The notes: a model not told the origin generated them from the letters alone. Positions 24,119 to 38,102 are shown, counted from the first letter of the whole stretch. The stretch: 63,313 nucleotides of DNA, filler included, from Dirinaria sp. TL-2023a (GCA_051941275.1; 37 parts of 37 records of this genome joined end to end with filler, not necessarily neighbours in it); one strand, 5' to 3'. Translations and numbers: made by a program.

Positions 24119-27100
24119 CTCTCTCTCTCTTTTCTTTCATCAATCATCTCACCCTTCTCCTCCTNNNNNNNNNNNNNNNNNNNNNNNNNNNNNNNNNNNN
24201 NNNNNNNNTTAATTAATTAANNNNNNNNNNNNNNNNNNNNNNNNNNNNNNNNNNNNNNNNNNNNTTCGTGGGGAATCTGGGAGATGCAGGCATTATTGAA
24301 GGTGGTACGAGACCTGTAGGAAGTTAAAGTAGGACACTTGGATTGCACATTCATTACCCGAAATTGAACGAATTACAAAAACAAAGACCCTTAAAAAGCA
24401 AGAAATGATACAATCACACGACACGATTAGCCAGAAGAAGCGAACCCTGTCCAAAAATTACCGCTTGATCTGTAAAAACGTTCGGCTCATATTTGGTCCT
24501 CCACTTGATATTCCACAGTCCGCTCTCTTTTTCCCTCAAAGTAGGTTTCTCATCAGCCCCGTCCGTCATAGAACCTTACCTTATGCGCGCCTTCCTGAGC
24601 ACTGAGTTTGCAGGAGAGATTACGAGGTTTTTGAGTGGCGGCTTTGGAATACATCAGTCTCATAACATGAACTCTTGCAAAGATATAGCCCAGATCGATG
24701 AACCTGATGATGATATGTACATTTCTATCGCAATCGCGAATTTGTATATTGCATCGGGTGTAGTGGGCTAGCGGATATCATTGCTCCACGTCTGATTCTT
24801 TGTTGAGTATTTATTGAAATTAGGAAGGTCAGATGGGGGCTCGAATTCTGTCTATATGTGTGCTTTTTCTTTTCTTCTGTTTTTTTCTGTTTCATTTAAA
24901 CGACCCTTCCACCCATTTTTTCTCCTTCTAAAGCCAAGGTGGTAATAGGGTAGAATTATATTCGGAGGATGGTGATGTAAAGTAATATATGCAGCCTTAA
25001 TTAAACCCATTCAAGATAGGCGTGAGCAGCCACCACGCACCAAAAATCAAAATCAAAATAGATCTCCCCTCCCCCTCTTTTATTGAGCATGCGATAGATA
25101 ATGATAAAATGTAAGAAAAAAGATGAATACAAAAAGAAGAAGAAATAGCTGACAAAAACGAATCAGCTCCAAACCTCCAAAGCGCGACATAAACGTGCTA
25201 CTGACTATCGAGTCTTCTTCATAAGATAGGATATTTTTTTTTACAAGGATTGTGAGACTATGGTTTTGGTGTTGATATGTTATATAATAATTAGGAGAAG
25301 AAGGGTGAAGGGTGTTTGTGAACGGTGAGGGGGGGGAGGGGGGTTTAAGAGAAGATGAGACAAGGTATTCATAATTGATTTGTGATTTGTAAAGATTGAT
25401 TTATGTATTCATGTAATCTATGGTACAGGCAGTATATTTTTCTCATTTCAGATTCTTCTTTGATGAGATAAATGCTAGTTGTCTCCTACCTTCTACGTTT
25501 ATAACGCACCAATACCTACCTAGAAAGAATCTAGACAAGGGAGTGACGCCCTTGAAGCGAAGCATGCATGAGGATCAGTCCCCCTGGTCCTTAGCGTTCC
25601 ATTTTGCCATGGTGGAATCTATACTCCCTCCCTCCCTGGTCTAGTCTCGTACAATCTGTGCCAGAAATGTCATCTCCACCCATTCTTCGCCTTCCCTGCT
25701 ATCACGAAGCCGTAAAACCCCATCCCTAGTCTTTGGCGCGGGAGACATGACATGACCTCCAACACAGAATTATCTCTTTAAGAAAGAAAGAGAGAAGGAT
25801 ATAAGTAGCTAAGAGTGAGGAATAGTACGGGGGATATGTGTCTGGAGTGGATTAGTGAATAGTGAGTGGAGTGTGAGAGAGGGATATGGGNNNNNNNNNN
25901 NNNNNNNNNNNNNNNNNNNNNNNNNNNNNNNNNNTTAATTAATTAANNNNNNNNNNNNNNNNNNNNNNNNNNNNNNNNNNNNNNNNNNNNATATTGAGTT
26001 GTAAGGTAGGGTGAGGTTGAGGTTGAGATGATTGGGGGGTGCGTTGGTACTTCAAGGAGGCAAGAAGGGTGCGTGGACAGCTGGCTGGCTATGTGGGACA
26101 GCTCATATATTACGTTCTGGTTTTCATTTTCGTTTGAATCATAGCTAAGTAAGATGCGTACAACGCAGTCTTTTATGACTCCAAGTTTTCTATGTATCAT
26201 CTCATTCCGCTCTCGCATCACAGCCAGCACGAGGTTTACCAAGGCCCAGCACATGAAAGATCTAAGAACACACATACAATCTGTAAAGACGTGGCACCTA
26301 GCTCGTGTCTCCATGTGTCCGAACACACACTGACACCAAGGCACTGAATCCCATCTTCTTCTTCGCCTACAAACCCTATATCAATTCTCAAGTCTTCATC
26401 ATTCTTTTAACCCTTGCCCTTGCAACGCCTGTGCTTGTGATACCTCTGCAATATGTACCCTCTTCACCTTCCTCACGACTTTCGATCCAAGCTCGAGCGA
26501 GTTGAGGCTTGGGTCATTTCATCTGGCACTAGACAGGGATTTTTTGAAGGGGTATTGGCTCCCTCTTGTTCCATCGCTCAATTTGCATGCTTTGAGGTTT
26601 GTGCAGTTATGTCATATGATTGGAAGCTGTATGTAATAAGAGTAGTAAAAGCATGGAAGCTGAGACATCGAGCGTATACGGAGTGGTATTTAAGGATGGC
26701 TTAGCTAGAATAAGGCACCTCGATAATTGAGAATAAAGATAGTGTAGAGTATGATAGGAACCTTTTTTTTGTGTATGAGCATGTGCTATGTCTCTAGTGT
26801 AGGAATGGATGATATATGATGTGAAGAAAATAAAAAATACCAACAGTGCAGCTCCTCGATTGCGCTGTGCAGAGCATCTTATTCGACCGGATTGAATCTA
26901 GAGATTATAGACTAACCTCAGCGGTCTTTGGAAGCCCTGATGGTCTTGTCACCGCATGCGCCAAACCAACTCTCTCCAATTACTCTCATAGATTTGTGTC
27001 ATAGAAGACGAGGGAGCTGGCTTAAATAAGTACGGCAAGTCAAGTTCCACCGCTTAAGGTAGTTCGTTAGTTGAAGGCTAGATATCTCCCGATTCAGAGA

Positions 27101-29434
27101 AAGATTTCATGGATACAGTTTTCCAGCTTGAGTGTGAATGCTACTTTAAAAGAAATTGCCGTGCTCTCAGCGCTGTTGATATAACTTGTACTGATATTGA
27201 GTCAAGTTCGGTTTTCTTATCGAGGTCGATTATGGCATGGCTTATAAACTCTTGGATTGCTGCCAGCACGGAAATTCAATGAAAATTGTATGGTAACCTG
27301 TGCCAGGTCTGGGTCGGGAATTGTTCCTGAAGAGATGAGATGCCCGTAATGGAGTTACGAGATTAATGTAAACCTGTCAGTTATAGGGCTTTGAAGCGTT
27401 GGAAATTGTTGTGGCGGAAAAAAGGAGTTCAGAGACCATGCGAGAATGAAATAGGTTGGCAGAGGACTCACAAAAAAAAAAACCTATCAATACCTTCCAA
27501 CCTCTTTGCTGCCTGAAAATCAAATATACTCGTCCCTCTAGTCTAAGAGAATGACGAGATGTATGCAAATGACGCTTTCACGAAGTGGGGATAAATTGAT
27601 TCAGCATGAACGTNNNNNNNNNNNNNNNNNNNNNNNNNNNNNNNNNNNNNNNNNNNNTTAATTAATTAANNNNNNNNNNNNNNNNNNNNNNNNNNNNNNN
27701 NNNNNNNNNNNNNCCGGCACACGCCAAAATGCTGGAACCGCGAAACGGTTCGCCATCTAGTTTAGTAAGTTCTAGTGGAAGAATCTTTACATGGTCGCGG
27801 CATGGGAAGTCCAGTCAGCATTACATCCATACCAAATGACCCCTGCGTTCGACAGCATTTGACCTCTACAGCTAAATATCACTCGCAGAAGCTGTCGAGA
27901 GCTCTACAGCCTTGGACCATCCAGGTGGCACACATCTCGTCACTTTGGTACCTGCATTCGGGGTCAAGTTGCAGACTACTTTTAGGTATTTTGCGAATGC
28001 GCAGAGCCTGGTTGGCCCATACCGCTCAGACAGGTGATCGATTAGTAGAAGCACCTCTCTTTGAAAAAATGGATCTCTCTTGTTCTGATAGGTCTAGGGT
28101 CGTAGAGGGCCACTTATAATTTATGCAGCGATATGCTACAGGTTATTTTCAGTTCGAAGGTTAAACCCTCAAAATTCCCCCTTTACACGAAAACATGGGG
28201 CTCTGTGACAAAGGTTTGCAGGACCCCTCCCACCTTTTCCCAATAATCGAAGAAGTGCTGTCACTAGGAATCAAAACATCCAGGTATTCAGCCAGCTCTA
28301 AGGGATCCAACACTTGTTTGTGAATCGAATACCAATTCCATGGGGTAATGATTTGCGCCGAGATACGTCAGCAGCCACGAATCACAGCACATATTCTTTT
28401 GCCATCAATGAAGTCTCATTGGTTCATCCTAGATTTGCTGCAGGCATTGCAACTGCTTGCAACGTCACTTACACCTATGGATGTCGACATCACTGCCAAT
28501 AGCGCTACTAACTGGAAGTCACCTGGGAGTCCACCTAAGAACTTCACCAGATCAAGGCAAAGTATTACCTGGATTGCGGTTGAGCTCGCCAAAGTGCATC
28601 TATAGTCACTTGGACAGCCTCGTCTTGGCATACATTGCGCCAACCATTACTTATGGTGTCGACCTCCGCACAGTGCGCAGATTTGATAAGAGTAGGGTGA
28701 TCCTTACAATATCCTAATGTAGCTTGGTGGCCGCATGCTGTTCATTGGGCTGCGTAGTCTGCCTGGGGGAGGTCGCTAAAGCCGCGCACCATGCAGTTCT
28801 CTGCCCAACCTTGTGGCAGCAGGCGGCAGCTGGTACGGGCAATCCTGGCCTTGCCGCGCTGCTTTGAAAGAGCGCGAGGCTAGCCAATTGACGTTGTCGT
28901 ATGGCGGCCTACGTGATTGTGCTCTGATCAATGGTTAAGCTCTCAAAATGGCAGAAGAACCGATCGCAGCAAAATGTGTGGTATTTTGTTCGACATTTAT
29001 ATAGTTAGCCCTATTTCTGGCTTTGGAAAAGATCAAATCATTCCACTTCTTCAGTGATTACAAAGCTTCTTCGCTCATTAAGGCTGGACCGTTCGAGTAG
29101 ATCAGTCGCTATACTATACAAATGGTTCTCCCTCTCCCAGCTTGGCAGCAGAACCTTACTGACACCGCAGTTACAGTGGAAACGACTTCGCTCCCATATT
29201 TCGCCCAATAATGACAAGCCCGATTCCCTAGCTTCACCTACTACGGCTCCCTATCGACCGACCTCGAGTAAGAGATCGATTTTGCGAAGAGACAGGAGTC
29301 CTACCACGAAATATGTAGAGGGACCAGATGCAGCNNNNNNNNNNNNNNNNNNNNNNNNNNNNNNNNNNNNNNNNNNNNTTAATTAATTAANNNNNNNNNN
29401 NNNNNNNNNNNNNNNNNNNNNNNNNNNNNNNNNN

Positions 29435-31055
29435 GTGTTGGATTGCGGTGTCCGGGGAGGGAGCCTTTTCATATTTGGGCGGTTTTTTCTTGGACTTGGG
29501 TTTCTGGGTTAAGTGCGCTGGGTCTGCGAAGAAGGGGTCGTCGAAGCCGAGGTCTTTCTGTTTCTCCAAGCCTGCGTCTTCTTCTAGCGACCCCGTATGC
29601 TCGGCTGCTGCTTCTTCTGCGTTGTTGCTATTTAGTTCTCGGACGCTTTTCATCTTCTCTTTTCGCCGCTGTTTGCGCTCTTTTTCTTTCCGGATGTACT
29701 TCTCTACAGTCGTCTCTTCGTGTTCGGGCTCCGGCCCGTTTTCAAACACGCCGCCTTTACTGCCCGATAGCCCTGATGTGAATGTGATCTGTAAATCTCC
29801 AACTGGTGCGCTGGTTTCATCTTTTGCCTTCTTAGGGACAGGCTCGGAGGGGAGGCCAAGAAGAGCGCGCATTCGCTGGCGCTCGGCTTCTTTCTTCGGG
29901 AGCTGAGGTGCTGCGGCAGAACCCGATTCCACCCCTGTGTTTTCCGTCGCTGGGTCATTCGCGCCCGTTGCATCGACGACCACTGGCTCTGGCACATCCT
30001 CCTCCTCCTCACTATCGCTGCCTAGATAAGCTTTGAGATCATTCTCGTCGACCTCAGCACGGCTTCCCCCAAATGCTCGCTTCTGCACCTCTTTCCTCGC
30101 GACATCGTCCGCATCCCATGTCAGCCGGACCTTACTGTGTTGCAGTGCGTCCGTGACAAATTCGTTCGGCCGGTAACCATCCGGGATTCTTTCACATTCG
30201 TCCCTAGGCTTGTCACTGCTGAAATCCGTATCGTCAGGTATGAACCGTAAGTCGAAGAAATTGGCGGTAGTCAGATACTCGGTGCCATCTATGGCGTTGT
30301 ATATAGCCTCTGCGACCTCGGCAGAAGAACAGATCAGGACAGCGAAGAAATATCGTAGACGAGAAAGCTGATAGCGGCGCAGGCTTGCCGAGCTGAAGTC
30401 CTGGCCCTGGTCCTCTTTTAACATGGACTTTTTGATCTTTTCTTCTTGCTCTTCGTCATCCAATTCTGCCTCTTCCAGATCGTCTTCTGCGCTTGATTCA
30501 TCATTCACCGGTGCACCACTTGGTCGTTTCGAGCCGAACATGTCTTTCGAAGGCCCTTCCATCTCTTCTCTCTCCATACGCTCTTTTCCGTATTCGCTGG
30601 GGTATATAGAAACCTTCAATATTCTCCCTCCGCCCGGTGCAAAGCTGGAAAATACAGCCAAAAGATCTGCTGAGCGGATATTGTCCCAATCTAGATTGAC
30701 AATCGCAATTCTCGATGTGACTTCGCCCATCGGCACCTCCTCGCCATGCTGCTCGTCCAACATGCCAAAGATTTCCTCCTCTTCCTCGCTTGAAGCCTCA
30801 TCTTCGCTCTCTTCTTCAGAGCTACTGTCCTTCTCCTCGTCTTCCGCATCCAGCCTTTCCAGTTCCTTCTCCACGTCCTCGTCATCTATCAGCCCTTCTT
30901 CATCCTCGTCTGCAATCCTGTAATACCTCTCCAGCTCTTTCCTCCCGGCGTCCTTGGGCAACTTTCTACCATAACGGTCTACCTTCGCTTTGCTAGAGAA
31001 GTCATCGCTGCGCAGCATGTGCGCGAAGCGCGAATCGAGGCGAACATGGGTATTT
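29435..31055 (-). CDS. ESF1: Pre-rRNA-processing protein Esf1, truncated at both ends
   Basis: KVDRYGRK, TSRIAIVNLDWDNIRSADL, VSIYPSEYGKERMEREEMEGP, LRRYQLSRLRYFFAV, ANFFDLRFIPD, ALQHSKVRLTWD. Confidence 0.96.
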
Positions 31056-31155
31056 NNNNNNNNNNNNNNNNNNNNNNNNNNNNNNNNNNNNNNNNNNNNT
31101 TAATTAATTAANNNNNNNNNNNNNNNNNNNNNNNNNNNNNNNNNNNNNNNNNNNN

Positions 31156-32771
31156 GCTTTCATTGATCGAATCTTCGCGCAACAAAATAATTTAAAAATG
31201 ATCTCTCTGAAATTTCTCATAACTCTCGAAATTTTTGATGATTCTCAAACTGTATTCGAACTCATCACTCATTATGTTTATAAACTTTTTGATATCGGAC
31301 ACTCTCATCGATTCACGAAATTCTATGTCACAGAATTGTCAAATTGATCTGTGATTCTAGATTTTCTCTGATTCAAAAAAAATCAAATTCGATTGAATTT
31401 CAAAAAACTGACTCTCGAAATTCTCGTTGATAAAACATCTGAAAAATCTGCAAAATCGACTGTCAATGCGTCGACGAAGTATGTTTTTAACTCGCTTATC
31501 TTGACCTCTAATGAGGATTCATTTATGAACGTTAACTTCATCGACGTCGTCGTTTTCTCACGACTAGCTCGAAAAAAGAATCGTATTTTAGACGTCTTCA
31601 GTTTAAAGATTTTAGAGAAGATTTTAAACATCAAATCTAAATCTGACTCAATTACGAAACTGTCAAAGAAATTTCATCACTTGTTGTCGACATTTTTTTA
31701 TCAAGAGACTGATGTGAGGACGTTGTGCAACCGAGTGAAGAGCACACGTGGAGCGGAGGGCCACCGGTAGAGCTACGTAGTAGAATTGCCACCGTAACAG
31801 AAGATTAAATCGTGCAGAGAAAAGCTGGGGGATGGCCGATACATAAGGTCGGCCAGCGCCAAGGCATCGGCCCGGGTCGGGGCCGGTATCGGGGGGTCTC
31901 AGGGGTCTTCAAGAACCCTGAAGACCGGACCCTAAATCTAAAATAGGGGTCCTCAGGTACGGCTTTGGTCTACAAGTCTACTGGTCACGTGATATCGCAA
32001 CTATACTATGGTGGCATTACAACTGATCAGTTTCTCGCGCATCGTTTTTACGATCATGCTATTGAACTTTTAGATGATAAAGAGTCAGACTTCGGTTCTC
32101 TATACGACATGTCAAAAAACGAACTACTGATCTTACAGAAATATTTAAAGAAAATCCTCGTCAAAGATTTCATCAGAGTTAGTTTATTCGAGTATTTCTC
32201 ACTCGTGCTTTTTATAAAAAAGTCTGATGAATATTTTCGATTTTGCGTCGACTATCGCAAACTCAATGCTATCACAAGAAAAAATCGTTACCCATTGTCT
32301 CTAGTTCAAGAAATCTTAGATCGTCTATGCAAGACAAAGTTTTTCATTAAAATCGATATCATAGCTGCATTCAATAAACTTCGAATATCTCTTGATTACG
32401 AGAAATACACTGCGTTCCGCACTCGATTTGAATTTTTCGAGTATCTATTTATGTTTTTCGAGTTATGCAATGCTTCTTCATCATGACAAAATTTTATCAA
32501 TGATATTTTAAAAGAACATCTAGACGATTTCTGCATCGTCTATCTAGATGATATACTGATGTACAGCAATACTCGAGAAGAGCACATTAAGCACGTCACA
32601 TGAGTACTAGAACAGTTGAAGAAAGCTGAGATTCAAGCGGACATCGAGAAATGTGAATTCTACGTTCAAGAGGTTAAGTATTTAGATCTTATCATCATCA
32701 TCAAAGGCATCAAAATAGACTCGGACAAGATCGACGCTATTGTTAACTGAGAATCACCTCAGATCTTAAAG
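31156..32771 (+). mobile_element. Ty3/Gypsy pol fragment (protease region and RT), mutated and interrupted by a solo LTR
   Basis: [77 protein letters not shown] at Trp positions. Confidence 0.93.
31713..32021. mobile_element. Solo LTR (309 bp) with 5-bp TSD ACTGA, nested in Gypsy pol
   Basis: TG..CA ends; ACTGA at 31708-31712 and 32022-32026; removing it restores QETDQFLAHRFYDHAIEL. Confidence 0.92.
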
Positions 32772-32900
32772 NNNNNNNNNNNNNNNNNNNNNNNNNNNNN
32801 NNNNNNNNNNNNNNNTTAATTAATTAANNNNNNNNNNNNNNNNNNNNNNNNNNNNNNNNNNNNNNNNNNNNAACCAAGATCAAGATACAAAGTATCAAAG

Positions 32901-33605
32901 ATGCAACTCACCCTTACCGTCCTCAGAATTTCCCTTCTGAACCTCTTGCTAAATGTGAACGCATTGCCAATCGCGAGTACGTAACGTGGCCCCCTCGTCT
33001 GATTCTTATTTCTCGTATTTGACTTGGTTGATTGCTTGCTTTCATGAGTCTATCTAATATTTTTACTGATATATATATGAAAAGGTAGTTCCGAGATCAC
33101 AGGGTCTCGAGATGCTGAAACTGGAGGTACCAATGAAATAATACCCCGAAGGCCAGGAGAACCGGCGGCGGAAGAATGTAAACGCGCGCTTCGCTCCCGG
33201 GATGATACTTACTCCGTGCAGCGCCGCTGTGGAGGGAGCGGAGGAGGCGGCGGCGGAGAAGGAAGTGAAGGCGGTGAAACTGGCCCATCGGACACGAACG
33301 TCGAACAAGGAGACGACTCGAGTCCGGACCCTGATCCCAAGCTTGTGGCGTTGAACGAACAGAAAGGCCTTAGCTGGACGTGTGCTGTCACGGCTGCACT
33401 GGAGGGCTTTGAGGTGGGCCTCGCTTGCGATGACCTTGAACAGCAGGCTGCTGCGGCGGATCGGCCAAAGGCGCCCTCTCCGGCGCCTGCTTCCCCGCCT
33501 CCTCCGCCGCCGCAGTCAACTTCTCCGAAAAAGAGTAATGAAACAGGGGGAAGAGGCCCGAGAAGAATACTACCAAAGAAAAGAGGTCTTAGAAAGGACG
33601 GCTGA
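32901..33605 (+). CDS. Small secreted protein, two exons (intron 32977-33084)
   Basis: Signal-like MQLTLTVLRISLLNLLLNVNA-LP; GTACGT donor, CTGAT branch and AAG acceptor splice in frame into the 33216-33605 ORF; dibasic sites and 4 Cys. Confidence 0.65.
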
Positions 33606-34099
33606 AGTAGGTTGTGTGGGGTAACTAGAGTCACCGAGAGTACTGGCTTTCAGCTCTTTAAGTGTTTGGTTGCTGAGTTCACCCGTGCTAGCTTAAGTCT
33701 GCTGGAAGTCTTGACTGGTTTGCGTTTCCGGGCGTGTATCTGGACTCTGCTTCTTATAAAGTAGAAGAGACTTTTTGATTGGCGAATAGAAACTTTTTTC
33801 TTCCTTCTCCTCTTTGCTTTTTGGACACTTCCATGCGATCGTTGTCAGCCTATTATCGAGACGATAGCCGTTGATGGAGCTATATCTTGACATTAGTGCT
33901 TAAGCAGAGAGAGACAGATCTTCGGGGTAGTCGATCACATAGTTGCCGCTGATACTGCTCCAATTCGGTACAGACAACACAGCAGGCCAGGGACCGTTCG
34001 AAAAATCCCCAAATGCAATGCCCCAAAACCCGCTATATTCTTCGCATCTGATTTTGCGTAAATCTACCCATAACACCGAATCCCATGCTATCATGAAAA

Positions 34100-34484
34100 T
34101 CACAATACCCCCTTCCTCGCCAACTCAATCTTCCTCCTCGCTTCTCCCTCCCTGTATCCCCCTTTCGACACACAAATCGCGCTCCCCTCCCCCAACTCCA
34201 TTTTATCTTCGACAGCCGGGAACGCGCAGGGACAGTGGTGCGGGAAATGGACGCAGGCGAGGGTGCCGGGGCAGAGGTAATTTGTGCAATGCGCTGTTGT
34301 AGTAGTAGAATCACGGGGTCAGCCATACATACAGTTTGTAACCATCTTTTGCACAAACAGCTGCAAGTGAGAAGCAAAGAAGTTGGCGCGGGATTGCAGG
34401 AGGGAAGGTGAATGACGAGAGTGTGAGGACCCGGGGGGGGAGGGGGGGAGATTTACCAGAACCATAGGGATTCTGGTACCAAAC
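34100..34484 (-). CDS. LCL2: Long chronological lifespan protein 2 (ER protein), 3' part, intron 34294-34456
   Basis: Spliced translation [73 protein letters not shown]; absent from the ORF track. Confidence 0.9.
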
Positions 34485-36436
34485 NNNNNNNNNNNNNNNN
34501 NNNNNNNNNNNNNNNNNNNNNNNNNNNNTTAATTAATTAANNNNNNNNNNNNNNNNNNNNNNNNNNNNNNNNNNNNNNNNNNNNACGAACATGAGCTAAT
34601 TGGTATTAGGCGCAATCGTCTTCTACGGCGTCGACAAACTTGCAACTGCTCTTATGAACAGTAAGATCCTATCCCAATACAAGCCCTTGCATATTTCTTT
34701 GATCAAGTCATTGGATCTTCAAGAAATATTTTGCTCACGCAAGCGCTACTCAATAGCGGACAAATACAAGGACGATCCTCGAAACCCAGCAGTGAGAAGA
34801 CGGCAGCAGGCGAAGGCAGACGATTAAAGCATACATCTATTTTCTCGGTGCAGTCAACCTTCGTGACAAGCGTGGCAGCGGTGGGCGATTGACGAATGGA
34901 AGACAATTGTACATAGGCTCTACGGTGCAGTAGAATTAGGGGCTTTCGTTGGGTTCTGGATCTGAATTGGCAATGGCTTCGTTTTTGATCAGGTCTGTCG
35001 AAACAAGCTCAGCTCTTGATAGGTAAGATCTGAAAAGTTAGGATGGCTACCCCTCAAGCACGGTCTCTGGAATTGATAATATACTCTGTTCGCTCATTGC
35101 TGTTGCAATCGTGGTTCACGCTGTGAGTCAGAGACAGGCTCTCATTTTGTTACGTCTATCGGAGAGCCTCTTAAGCAGATACAGCTAGGCTCTGAGAGAC
35201 TTCTAATTCAAGAAATCATACAATGATCTTTCACTTGTGGAAAGGCGGTTCGAGATTTGAGACCAATGCTTTTGCTGATGCAACAAGAATTTTTGAAACC
35301 CCCAGATTTCCAGACAGCAAAGGAAGGAACCTTCCAGGTCAGATCGCAAGAAAATGAGGAGTCATCCAGTCCAGTAAGTTTTGAAGCTCCATCAGGATTC
35401 AATATAAAGAGCCAGCCCAGCATTCCTTATTCAATCGTCTTTCACTATACAGGATGCAAATGTAGGAAAAAGGAAAAGAGAAAAAAAAAATCTCTTACCT
35501 TGGTCTTTGGGGGAACTCGACGGGTTCGGTCGCTCGATGCGGAGGAGGTCCCCAATTACCGTGCTCACCGGGCTAGTTTGAGCGATCATTTCGGGCCCTT
35601 CGCGGGATCGAACTCGGGGGGGCGGAGTAGGATCCCGGGTTTCCGAAATTTGTTTTTTTTCGGAAACTGCTCAGAATCGAACTCACAACGCTCTCCCCCC
35701 CTCGGTAGGACCCTTCTTTGTCCCGAGCCTCAACTTGCGTCGGCGCGGTTAGAGGCTGGCCCAAAGGGGAGTTCGAACCGAATGGGAGTTGGTGTTTCCA
35801 CTCGACCAATCTGCTGGAATCGTTAGTTGCGGATTATCTTCTATTCTCGTATATATAGATTTGATTCAACTAGGGTTTTCGGTTTTGGGGTTTAAGTTCT
35901 CATTTCCCATTGTCAATTCGATTACTATGTAATCTCTTTAATTTAGGTTTACTTCTTCTATATTTCTAGATTCTATGGAAACGCGTTTGACCATTTCAAT
36001 CCTAAGGCAACTTGACGAGTATGAGCATTTCCCATTTCTTCGCTTTACTGATTTCATCCCCCTCACTCATTACAACCTCCCTTCTCCCTCCAAGGTCTCC
36101 ACACTCTCCAAATCCATACCCCTAACCCCTTCCAAATCCAACAACCGTGCCACAACCCGCCCCTAAACCCTCGCCACATCCAAAACCCCCACACCANNNN
36201 NNNNNNNNNNNNNNNNNNNNNNNNNNNNNNNNNNNNNNNNTTAATTAATTAANNNNNNNNNNNNNNNNNNNNNNNNNNNNNNNNNNNNNNNNNNNNTCCC
36301 GCAAGTGAGCAGCAACCAAACCTTTTGCATGTCACGAGTCCCAACTCCAGCCTCGCGCAGAATCAGAGAAGCTTACACTACTCCGTACCATTTTGTGTGT
36401 ATCCTGATCCCGGGGACGCTCTTTTCGAAGCACAGA

Positions 36437-37906
36437 ATGATTGATATTGAACGCTGCGGGCTCACGGAGGCTTACAGACCACCTGAAGGAACAGCTACCA
36501 CTGCACTGTACGTACACGGGTCAATGTTGCGGAATTACACATCTTGTTTCATTGGCGAAGAGTCGAAAGTAGGGTGCGGGCGCCGATTACCTATTATCCA
36601 TTACTTATTACCTATCCGGGGACTACCGCTTCGGAGGACTGCCATCTAACGGAGACTAGCCGTTTTCGTTAAACTATACTTGCCACTTTCTTGGTGGTGA
36701 GCCGGTCCATCCAGTCCCGGTTTTACAAAAATAGTATCATCTTCGTTCACGGCCTGTTCGGTGACCCTTATAAAACTTGGGCTTCGAAGCCGCTCAAGAA
36801 ACGATCCAAGGGACCACAGAGTCAACTTACAAGCCGTGCTGAGCTTTCGAGGCGAAGAGACGGTACAGAACGTGGCAGTATCGATACACAAAGTGGCGAT
36901 AGTCGGCAGCCAGAAAAGGGTGCAGAGACTCATATCTTCTGGCCACGAGATCTACTGCCGAGCTCGATCGGTGATGTGCGAGTTTTCACATGGGGCTATG
37001 ATGCAGACATTGATGGTTTTGGCTCAAGGTCTCAGAACACCATCAATCAGCACGCAGGAGGGTTCCTCTCCGACCTCGCCGATCAACGCGAGGTTGCCGA
37101 CCACTACAAAAACCCTATCATCTTCGTCGCGCACAGCCTGGGCGGAATCATAGTGAAAGCCGCCGTCAATAAATCATCAACAGAACAGGGCACACGACTC
37201 AAAGATATAGCGCCAGCGGTTTCAGGCATTTGCTTCTTAGGCACCCCTCACCGAGGATCAGAAAGCGCATCGCTTGGAAAAGTTGCGCACCAGATAACTT
37301 TTGCGGCGACGAGGCACCCAAACATAAAGCTTTTGCAGGGACTCGAACAAAACTCTTCGGAGCTGGAACAAATTGGGGATGCCTTTGTACAGACACTACT
37401 AAGATATGGTGAGGGTTTGCAGGTTTATTCGTTCCGAGAAGAGAAGGAAACTCGAAAGTATTGGATACTGCACTCGACGGTAAGCTGTTATATTTGCCGC
37501 AAATATCGACTATTTCTTTGTTAAGCTGTGAAGATTGTGAAGGCAGACTCCGCAAAAATTGGCGACGACCGTGAAGAGGGTAGATTTCATTAGTTCGTGT
37601 CTTATGAAATACGTTCCGGCTAACCAAAGTCAGTGGGCATGATTGCTGCAAATCACCGTGATATGACAAAATTTGAAAGCCCCTCCGACATTGGTTTCAA
37701 GCGAACTGCAGCTCATTACAGTAATGGTGGCTGCAAACCTCAGCTTTATGCTCGATATGAGCCGGATTTCTGCACCAGTGCGCAAACTTCTCTCCAAACC
37801 CAAGGATAGAAATATCTGCCTCCTCCAACTTGCCATAGGCGGACCGAACATTGTGCCAGCTAATCTTCAAGATCGTGCGGGAATGGTACGGAAGATTTTG
37901 TCCTTG
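36437..37906 (+). CDS. SesB-like alpha/beta-hydrolase (PGAP1/DUF676 lipase-like domain often N-terminal in fungal NLRs), multi-exon, 3' end uncertain
   Basis: IIFVHGLFGD..TW, FWPRDLLP, RVFTWGYDA, IIFVAHSLGGIIVK, GICFLGTPHRGS, ANHRDMTKF; first intron 36508-36734 is in frame. Confidence 0.85.
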
Positions 37907-38102
37907 NNNNNNNNNNNNNNNNNNNNNNNNNNNNNNNNNNNNNNNNNNNNTTAATTAATTAANNNNNNNNNNNNNNNNNNNNNNNNNNNNNNNNNNNNNN
38001 NNNNNNGGGATTAGGTGAGTTATTTGTTGTAGTTTGAAAAGAGTGAATTGGCGAGGGAAGAAGGTGGAAGGAAAAGGGAGAGAAAATGATCAAGATACGT
38101 AC

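Noticed and set aside
28720..28890. GC-rich, stem-forming stretch (also 42320-42500) as a possible ncRNA or group I intron
   Set aside because: No recognisable SRP, RNase P/MRP, snRNA or P/Q/R/S motifs; an Infernal/Rfam search would be needed.
35500..35830. GC-rich segment with hairpin GTTTCCGAAA..TTTCGGAAAC and repeated GAACTC; similar-looking tract at 16330-16780
   Set aside because: Possibly transposon ends, but no terminal repeats, TSD or second copy could be defined.
36110..36196. CCCTAA-like motifs near a contig end suggesting a telomere
   Set aside because: Only isolated, non-tandem copies within C-rich low-complexity sequence.
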